Of a stretch of 64,000 bases of DNA, positions 57,824 through 64,000 are shown one piece after another. The DNA is from an uncultured Candidatus Saccharibacteria bacterium. GTDB lineage: Bacteria > Patescibacteriota > Saccharimonadia > Saccharimonadales > AWTP1-31. A program made the translations under genes and the position numbers. Numbering within the stretch: the first letter of the stretch is position 1; every line of letters begins with the position of its first letter. The notes under the pieces are model-generated. The model had not been told where the DNA came from, searched no databases, and was given only the letters and a program-made list of their open reading frames with translations. The stretch is from assembly GCA_964643545.1 (NCBI GenBank), contig CAZXTE010000001.1, positions 19,101 through 83,100 of the forward strand. The letters are read 5' to 3'.

Positions 57824-58039
57824 ATGAAAATGAACGCAGTAGATAAAGTTGCATACCTGCTCCTCGTAGTGGGTGGCCTCAACTGGGGCCTCGTGGGAGT
57901 TTTTGAATGGAATCTAGTAACAAAACTTTTTGGGGTTGATTCTGGTTTGACCAGAGTTGTATATGCGCTTGTTGGTGTCGCAGCGGTGTACGGTTTGTAT
58001 ACTATCGTCAGCATGCTTGCAAAGGGCGAAGACGCGTAG
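57824..58039 (+). CDS. DUF378-like small membrane protein
   Basis: 71 aa with a strong RBS AAGGAGGG 7 nt upstream. Two TM helices (LLLVVGGLNWGLVGVF; VVYALVGVAAVYGLY). Confidence 0.6.
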   Translation: MKMNAVDKVAYLLLVVGGLNWGLVGVFEWNLVTKLFGVDSGLTRVVYALVGVAAVYGLYTIVSMLAKGEDA

Positions 58040-58124
58040 AGCGTCAACCGGGCAGTCACAGAAAATCGGGGCAACGCCCCGATTTTTATTTGGTTGGCAT
58101 GATGAGCGAGGGTATATACTGTAT

Positions 58125-58700
58125 ATGATGAGTAAAAGCCAAAAGAAGTTATATGGCGTGATCCTATTCGGGGCACTTGTTGGTTTTATTGCTTCTTTTT
58201 GGCAACTACTCGAAAAACTAACATTGCTAAAAAACAGTGCTGCTCCCTTAAGTTGTAATCTGAACACCGTCTTTAGTTGCACGAATGTATTGAATGCTCC
58301 TCAGAGCTCAGTGTTTGGCTTCCCGAACTCGCTACTGTGCATTATTTTATTCACCATTGCCATTGTTGCAGCTATAGTTGGATTAACGGGTACAAAAATA
58401 GCTCGTGGGGTGCGTTTTTCGTTTCAATTCCTAGCTCTCTTTACCGTATTCTTTGGCCTTTGGTACCTATGGCAGAGCATATTTAATCTAGGGGCAATGT
58501 GTATTTTCTGTGTTTTTTGTTTCGGGGGCGTGCTAACGATAAATGCCGCTTGGTTCAGGCTGAATTATTCGGATTACCCGATTTCAAAGTCACTTAAGCG
58601 AAAGATCGATGTAGCGGTCGCTAACGGCGCCGATATTTTCTTCTGGTGCCTCATCGGCTTGATTGTTGTAGCAGAAGCAGTTATCAAATTCACTCGCTAG
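58125..58700 (+). CDS. vitamin K epoxide reductase (VKOR) family thiol-disulfide oxidoreductase
   Basis: Four or five TM helices with the active-site CxxC arrangement (C...CNLNTVFSC). The start is placed at MMSKSQKK. Confidence 0.65.
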   Translation: MMSKSQKKLYGVILFGALVGFIASFWQLLEKLTLLKNSAAPLSCNLNTVFSCTNVLNAPQSSVFGFPNSLLCIILFTIAIVAAIVGLTGTKIARGVRFSFQFLALFTVFFGLWYLWQSIFNLGAMCIFCVFCFGGVLTINAAWFRLNYSDYPISKSLKRKIDVAVANGADIFFWCLIGLIVVAEAVIKFTR

Positions 58701-58969
58701 ATACGGCGTTGCGAGCGGTTCACTTTGGGGGAGATGGAGACCTTCTCTATTTGTTCTTGCCTATGCTTGCAAAAACGCACGCAACCGATAATAGTATCTG
58801 CAGATGAAGTTATTTTTCTTGGGGGTATTATTTTTGGCTATACCGTACGTACTGCTGAACTCATTCGTAATGCCGCAGCTTCGGGGTCTTGAGAAAATGT
58901 ACAGCAATGCTGACGTAATTGCCGAGAATGTGGCCAAAGGAAAGCCGGTAAGCCCAGAGACAAACGGGG

Positions 58970-60439
58970 TTAGGTGTGTACTACAACCGGCGTGCCAATA
59001 GTGGCCCATGAGTAGATCCAGGCTGCGTCATCATTGGTAATGCCAACGCAACCATGTGAGCTATTGACGTTGCCAAAATAGGAAGACGGCCGCCAGTAGT
59101 TGCCATGAACGGCATAATCTCTATAGAAATAGTTTACATACTGTACGTTAGGCTGAAAATATTCGCTACCATCTGCATTGAACCCGCGCATATCTTGCTG
59201 ACGAACTTTTGAATAGATAGCAAATTGTCCGGTTACCGTTGGCGTTGCCGCGGCACCTGCGGTTATGAGGAACGTGCGAATAAGTACATTGTTCTGGTAC
59301 GCGTACATACGTTTACTGCCCGTGTCTACCTCGAGTAGTTTTGGCCCATTGGCGACGTTGACCGTCTTGAATGGCGTATAGCCAACTGTCATCGTGGCTT
59401 GCACCGAATTCTCCGTTGCGAGCCCGGCAACTATTTGTGATGTAACCTCATCCTTGTTCGTTACATCGGTTCCATTACTGCCGGTCACCAGGATTGTTTT
59501 GGCGCCATTAGCTTGTGTAATCTCTACCTGATCTCGGGGCCGGTGGACAATAGATGCTGTTAGCTTTTGCAAATACTCCCCTACTTTGCCGTTATCTACG
59601 GCTATGTCGTAGCTGCTTGCCTTTTCGTTTGGTGTTAATACTAACCATGAGCCAATCGTGTGCGCATCCGCAGTGGTTTGATCCTGATTAAGCGTTATCT
59701 GAACACTTCTTTTTAGCATACTCTCGAGCTTGGCTTTGCTTTTCGCAATACTCCCGGTTGTTATTGCTGGTCGAACTGTTTGCAACGTTAGCGACAAAGC
59801 TGGTTGTTGCAGAGCACGCACAGCACTCAAAACCGTGTTGCGACCACCGACGATGGCGTACTCTTGCCCGTCCGACTCATCCGTTGTCTGGATGGATCCA
59901 TCGGAATTGACCGCCAGAAGCGCATTTTTAACGGGCCGTACTTCTACCCTGGCATGCTGCGCAAGAAATGTAGAAAATTGTTGTTCGTTTATATTCAAAG
60001 CGACACTTGCTGGTTTTTCTTGCCACCAAAGCAGCGTAGACGAAACGCTGTTTGCCTGACTCTTGGTCGCCTGAATACTTTTGTCGACATCCAGCGCTAA
60101 CCCCATCTGCAAGAGAGAGTAGCTGTTTAACTTGCCGGCATCATCCTTAATGGTCAGTCTATAATCTGTTTGCTGTTTATTGAGTGCACTTCTGAGTTCG
60201 GTTTTTAGATTCTGTCTGGGGATGGTTTGTGCACCGACACTAAAGTGCGCAAAGAATGTTGCACCAACAATCCAGCTAGACAACAGCACTCCCAGTACAA
60301 GGGCGCTGACCAAGTAGGCGTGCTTGTGAAGTTTAGGAAAGCGTACATGACTAGGGTGCTCTTTCGTACCCTTCTCGTCTGAATCATCACGAAGTCGCTT
60401 TGTCGCTACACGCCCCACATTGCTCTGTTTCTTATGCAT
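58970..60439 (-). CDS. L,D-transpeptidase (YkuD family) with N-terminal TM and large linker domains
   Basis: C-terminal catalytic motif SSHGCVGITNDDAAW (His...Cys). The N-terminus is membrane-anchored. Confidence 0.75.
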   Translation of the reverse strand: MHKKQSNVGRVATKRLRDDSDEKGTKEHPSHVRFPKLHKHAYLVSALVLGVLLSSWIVGATFFAHFSVGAQTIPRQNLKTELRSALNKQQTDYRLTIKDDAGKLNSYSLLQMGLALDVDKSIQATKSQANSVSSTLLWWQEKPASVALNINEQQFSTFLAQHARVEVRPVKNALLAVNSDGSIQTTDESDGQEYAIVGGRNTVLSAVRALQQPALSLTLQTVRPAITTGSIAKSKAKLESMLKRSVQITLNQDQTTADAHTIGSWLVLTPNEKASSYDIAVDNGKVGEYLQKLTASIVHRPRDQVEITQANGAKTILVTGSNGTDVTNKDEVTSQIVAGLATENSVQATMTVGYTPFKTVNVANGPKLLEVDTGSKRMYAYQNNVLIRTFLITAGAAATPTVTGQFAIYSKVRQQDMRGFNADGSEYFQPNVQYVNYFYRDYAVHGNYWRPSSYFGNVNSSHGCVGITNDDAAWIYSWATIGTPVVVHT

Positions 60440-60569
60440 TTCTTTTTAACTCTTTTGATCAGTATAACACTGAAAGCACAAGCGAATACCTACGTGTTTC
60501 GTAAGCAAAACGTAGTAATTTAGTACCGTTTTTTGCTTTTTACGCAAATGCTTATCTATACTGTAGTTA

Positions 60570-62180
60570 ATGGGGGAAATAGTTGGGGAGTTAGCTGTTG
60601 AGATAGATCAACCCGCACAAGAGGCCTGCGGGTTGTTTATGGTCCACTTGCGCCCAGATGCCGTTGTTGGTCCAGCTGCAACAGAGCTTGCAGCCATGGG
60701 CATCGGTCAGCTTGGGCATCGTGGCAATGAAGGAACCGGAGTAGCCGTGCAAGACCAGGCCCGTGTTCTGGTTATTCACGGCAAGGGTGATGCGAAAGAG
60801 GCTTTTGGCGGCAACCAGTTACTCGGGCAAGATGCACAAAGTGCGATGGCACATGGGAGGTATGCAACTTCGAACATGGATGCGTCGGCCGAGGACGAGA
60901 GTGGAGAAATAAAGAAAAGTATCTACGATACGATACAACCAATGATCGAACAGGCCGAGGTACGCGAAGGCAGGCTAGTGTCGATTGTACAAGGACACAA
61001 TGGCGACATAGCAAATGCCAAGGAACTGACCGAGTTGTTTGGCTATAAACATGAAGAAATAAAGAGCGACAGTCACCTTGCCTTGCTAATGCTAAAAGAT
61101 GCGCTAGAGGCAGGCCTCAGCGAAGTAGAAGCCATACGGCATATCAGTCATCTGATGGTTGGTGCGTACTCGATGACAACCATGATCGGCGACAAACGGT
61201 TTGCATGGAGGGACCCGTGGGGGTTTCGGCCACTATTTTTAGGCGAAATCAAGAACGACGAAGGTGGTGTAGAGGGCTGGGCTGTTGCCTCTGAGCAACC
61301 TGCTTTTGAGGCAATTGGCGCCCGAGAGCTTGGGCCTGTTGGGCGGGGGGAGCTGGTTGAAATAGGGGACGACGGACCGATAGTACATCAATTATTTACC
61401 GAAGAAGAGTTGGCTCAGATCCCCGAGAGCTTGTGCATATTTGAATTCGTGTACTTTGCTCGCCCAGATACAGTTTTAAACGGCGTTAATGTGGGTGCGG
61501 CTCGCGTGAAAGCTGGTGAAATTCTAAGAAAAGAAGAGAATGCAGCGCTACCCTTTCCAAGGCGTCTTGGTAGGTATGCATTAGATCGGTTACGTCTCCA
61601 CAAAAATTCAATTGTAGTCGGTTCGCCAAATTCGGGTATGTTGGGAGCGGAGGGCTATGCACATGAATCTGGTATGCGAATGGTGCCTGGACTCGTCAAA
61701 AACCCGTCCGATGGGCGCCGTTCATTTATGCAGCCCGGCCAGAATGGTAGGATTGCCACGGCCTTGAACAAAATGAATGTGGTCCGATCAATCGTTGTTG
61801 GCAATAAGGTTTACAATGGCGACGACTCAAGGGTGCGCGGCCACACCAGCAGGAGGGTTAATGATCAAATGAGGGCGGCAGGCGCTGCGGAGTTGCACGG
61901 CAGAATTTTTTCGCCGCCCTATAAACACCCTTGTCACTTTGGGATGGACACAAAAGACCCTAGTCAGCTAAAGGCAAACCGAATGAGTGTCGAAGAAATG
62001 CGCAAAGACGCGGGTGATGATTCGCTGGTTTTCTTGTCGCTGGCGGGGCTCTTGAAGTCTGTTGGGAGCAAAGACGGTAGAGGGTTCTGTACTCACTGCA
62101 TGACCGGCGTAGATCCTACCCAAACTCCCGTTCAGATTCGGACAAGACGTGAGTATCTAGAAAGAACACTAGCAGCCTAG
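60570..62180 (+). CDS. purF: amidophosphoribosyltransferase (glutamine PRPP amidotransferase) with a 19-aa propeptide
   Basis: Collinear with B. subtilis PurF: nucleophile CGLF after the propeptide, then HRGNEGTGV, RYATSN, GHNGDIAN, RDPWGFRPL and a PRTase motif NGDDSRVRGHTSRR. Fe-S ligand cysteines are present (HPCHFGMDT ... CTHC). Confidence 0.8.
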   Translation: MGEIVGELAVEIDQPAQEACGLFMVHLRPDAVVGPAATELAAMGIGQLGHRGNEGTGVAVQDQARVLVIHGKGDAKEAFGGNQLLGQDAQSAMAHGRYATSNMDASAEDESGEIKKSIYDTIQPMIEQAEVREGRLVSIVQGHNGDIANAKELTELFGYKHEEIKSDSHLALLMLKDALEAGLSEVEAIRHISHLMVGAYSMTTMIGDKRFAWRDPWGFRPLFLGEIKNDEGGVEGWAVASEQPAFEAIGARELGPVGRGELVEIGDDGPIVHQLFTEEELAQIPESLCIFEFVYFARPDTVLNGVNVGAARVKAGEILRKEENAALPFPRRLGRYALDRLRLHKNSIVVGSPNSGMLGAEGYAHESGMRMVPGLVKNPSDGRRSFMQPGQNGRIATALNKMNVVRSIVVGNKVYNGDDSRVRGHTSRRVNDQMRAAGAAELHGRIFSPPYKHPCHFGMDTKDPSQLKANRMSVEEMRKDAGDDSLVFLSLAGLLKSVGSKDGRGFCTHCMTGVDPTQTPVQIRTRREYLERTLAA

Positions 62181-62218
62181 ACTTCTGTAGGCATGCGCTT
62201 GTAGAATACATTGGTTAC

Positions 62219-62308
62219 GGAGAGGTGTCCGAGTGGTTGAAGGAGCTGCTCTCGAAAAGCAGTATGCCGGCAACGGTATCGAGGGTTCGAATCCCTCTCT
62301 CTCCGCCA
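62219..62308 (+). tRNA. tRNA-Ser (anticodon CGA), type II
   Basis: GGAGAGG acceptor, TCCGAGTGGTTGAAGGA D-arm, anticodon arm CTGCT-CTCGAAA-AGCAG, long variable arm, GAGGGTTCGAATCCCTC, and CCA. Confidence 0.85.
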
Positions 62309-62325
62309 CGATTCATATGGAGTGT

Positions 62326-63366
62326 CTAGCTTTGGCTCTGAGGCGTCTCTGGCGCAGAAGCTCTAACTACCGGTCTTCTACTAATTACTTGCAGCGACAA
62401 TAGTACCAGTGCCCCACACAGAGTAATTAAGCCAGAGGCAATAAATCCTTGTTTTGTGAGGTCGTGAATAAATGCATCGATCCCCTTCTCTAGTGCTGTT
62501 CTTATGGTTGTATCCAGATTACCCTTTGCTACGTTGGTTTTAATGAATGGGGCTATGAAGCGTTCGAGTGCCGCGCCAACACCAAGCAGCAGACCGCTCA
62601 TCACCAGCGTAACGCCAATTTTTTTTGCAGCGCGACGGTGATCATGGAGCCCAAGCATAATAATTGTGATCAGTAGTATGGACATGAAGCCAAGCGCAAC
62701 GGGCACTAAGCGAACATATGAGTACACTCTTTTGACTTGCTGAAAGCGCTGATACACTGGTTCTTTTGTGCCATCATTTGCCTGCGCCTGAAACGTGTCG
62801 GCGCTTAATGTTACTTGGGGCAAGAAGTTATCGCTTGATACGATTGTACTGGTGAGTTTTGCGATCTCGGCGTCTACGTCAAACCCAAATGCTGGCCGAC
62901 AGGTAATCTTTAGCAGTTCCGTGCTGGTTGGTATGGATCTTGGTGGGCATGCCGGTAGACTTAGGTACCGCGTTTTTAAGTACGAAGACAAACCCGAGGC
63001 GAACGCCACCTTTTGCGGCTGCAAATCTATAGAAAAACTTGGCTTTTCGGTTTTACCATCTAGCCACTGAAAAGACCCATCGATTATTTGCCCGCCTGTC
63101 TGCTCCAAAAAAACGGGCGTTACGGCTTGTTTTGCCGCTGCTTGAACCCCCGGATCCCCAAAAAAGGCACTGTCAGCACCAGACGATGCCTTGCTGGCCT
63201 GGCCGACAAGATAGTCGGGCAGTGTGGCATAAATGCCACTGCTGCGGAGCCAGCTCTTTATGTGTGGCGGCCGAAACTGCAGAACCAAGATGCTTGTTAT
63301 TGCGAGAAGTATTACACAAACTGCCAGCATGCTGCTGGATAACCCAGAAAAGAATTTTTTAACCAT
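62326..63366 (-). CDS. hypothetical membrane protein (N-terminal TM, large ectodomain, C-terminal TMs)
   Basis: 346 aa. No recognizable catalytic motif. Confidence 0.45.
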   Translation of the reverse strand: MVKKFFSGLSSSMLAVCVILLAITSILVLQFRPPHIKSWLRSSGIYATLPDYLVGQASKASSGADSAFFGDPGVQAAAKQAVTPVFLEQTGGQIIDGSFQWLDGKTEKPSFSIDLQPQKVAFASGLSSYLKTRYLSLPACPPRSIPTSTELLKITCRPAFGFDVDAEIAKLTSTIVSSDNFLPQVTLSADTFQAQANDGTKEPVYQRFQQVKRVYSYVRLVPVALGFMSILLITIIMLGLHDHRRAAKKIGVTLVMSGLLLGVGAALERFIAPFIKTNVAKGNLDTTIRTALEKGIDAFIHDLTKQGFIASGLITLCGALVLLSLQVISRRPVVRASAPETPQSQS

Positions 63367-63425
63367 AAACCTATTCTAGAGACGCACACCAAATTAACCA
63401 AGAAAAATACGATACAATAGAGAAT

Positions 63426-63824
63426 ATGAACGAAGAATCAATTTTTACGAAGATCATAAAGGGCGAAATACCATGCCACAAGGTGTACGAGGACGAACGC
63501 ACCCTTGCCTTTATGGACATCCACCCCATTCAGCCGGGGCACGTTCTGGTGGTTTCTAAGACACAGGTACCTACATTTGTAGATTTGAACGAAGAGGATG
63601 CAGGTGCATTCTGGGCTACGCTTCGAAAAGTGGGGAGGCGTCTGCAAGAAGTCTATCCTAATAAGAAGCGGATAGGCCTTATGATAGAAGGTTTAGATGT
63701 TCCCCATGTGCATGCCAAGTTGTTCCCTATTGATAGTGGCACGCAATTCCGCAGCGAGCCAGATCTTGCTGCCGAACCTGATCACGCTGCTTTGGCAGAA
63801 TTGGCTAAGCGGATTGCCTTTTAA
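63426..63824 (+). CDS. HIT-family (HINT-like) nucleotide-binding protein
   Basis: IFTKIIKGEIPCHKVYEDERTLAFMDIHPIQPGHVLVVSK is a classic HINT N-terminus. The histidine-triad region reads PHVHAK, so the third His is replaced. Confidence 0.7.
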   Translation: MNEESIFTKIIKGEIPCHKVYEDERTLAFMDIHPIQPGHVLVVSKTQVPTFVDLNEEDAGAFWATLRKVGRRLQEVYPNKKRIGLMIEGLDVPHVHAKLFPIDSGTQFRSEPDLAAEPDHAALAELAKRIAF

Positions 63825-63841
63825 GGTGCTACAATACGAAT

Positions 63842-64000
63842 ATGAGTGAAGGTGCAGTAGCATTCGTTTTTAGTATCGGTGTCGGGGCGTGGGTGTATAG
63901 TAAATTTCAACGACGAACTGGCAATCAGACACAGAAATCATTAACGGCAGCCGCCGTTGTTGGTGTGTTTGCTTTCATCGTCTTCTTTTCCCTGGCCAAA
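63842..64000 (+). CDS. N-terminal fragment of a membrane protein, truncated by the window end
   Basis: ATG at 63842 gives MSEGAVAFVFSIGVGAWVYSKF...AAAVVGVFAFIVFFSLAK, an open frame running to the end of the window. Confidence 0.35.
   Translation, partial: MSEGAVAFVFSIGVGAWVYSKFQRRTGNQTQKSLTAAAVVGVFAFIVFFSLAK

Overview
This 64 kb window looks like the chromosomal origin region of a small, monoderm-like bacterium. That reading rests on the jag-yidC-rnpA-rpmH | dnaA-dnaN-recF block, a Gram-positive-type VirB4, compact overlapping genes and GC of roughly 35-52 %. Gene content is consistent with a Patescibacteria/Saccharibacteria-like genome, but that is inference only. The window has three parts. 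(1) Positions 1-28.4 kb hold a low-GC cell-surface polysaccharide/glycosylation island. It contains rfbC(partial)-rfbD-rfbA, a split GtrA/GtrB/GT-C module around convergent ugd and UDP-glucuronate decarboxylase genes, two NAD-dependent epimerases and a second polyprenol-phosphate GT2. It also has three large polytopic GT-C-like membrane proteins bracketing secreted Ser/Thr-rich and beta-propeller-repeat proteins, a Wzm/Wzt ABC exporter whose Wzt carries a C-terminal carbohydrate-binding domain, methyltransferases, GT2/GT4 enzymes, a Wzy_C (O-antigen-ligase/PglL-like) protein and a secreted CHAP + FG-GAP protein. (2) The replication origin itself, with DnaA-box-like motifs on both sides of dnaA and an AT-rich unwinding candidate between dnaA and dnaN. 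(3) Positions 34.3-53.5 kb hold a GC-richer type IV secretion-like locus arranged as two divergent operons. The minus operon encodes a VirB6-like 1098-aa protein, three Pro-rich proteins (one VirB3-like), VirB4, a 1248-aa SGNH + M15 peptidase giant, an 820-aa GH3 + CHAP hydrolase and two bitopic proteins. The plus operon encodes an NTF2/VirB8-like protein, a Cys-rich protein ending in a pilin domain and five further tandem VirB2/TrbC-like pilin paralogs. No relaxase or VirD4 is present in the window. Downstream lie hsp20, comFC, two tRNA-Ser genes and a tRNA-Arg (anticodon read as GCG) followed about 85 bp later by a duplicated tRNA 3'-end fragment that looks like an att-site scar. Then come an EEP nuclease/phosphatase, a VKOR homologue, an L,D-transpeptidase, purF, a third tRNA-Ser and a HIT protein. 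The most interesting signals are the multi-pilin T4SS-like apparatus with giant multidomain wall hydrolases, the putative polyprenol-phosphate/GT-C protein-glycosylation module beside a secreted repeat protein carrying a perfect 318-bp tandem duplication, and the tRNA-Arg att-like scar.
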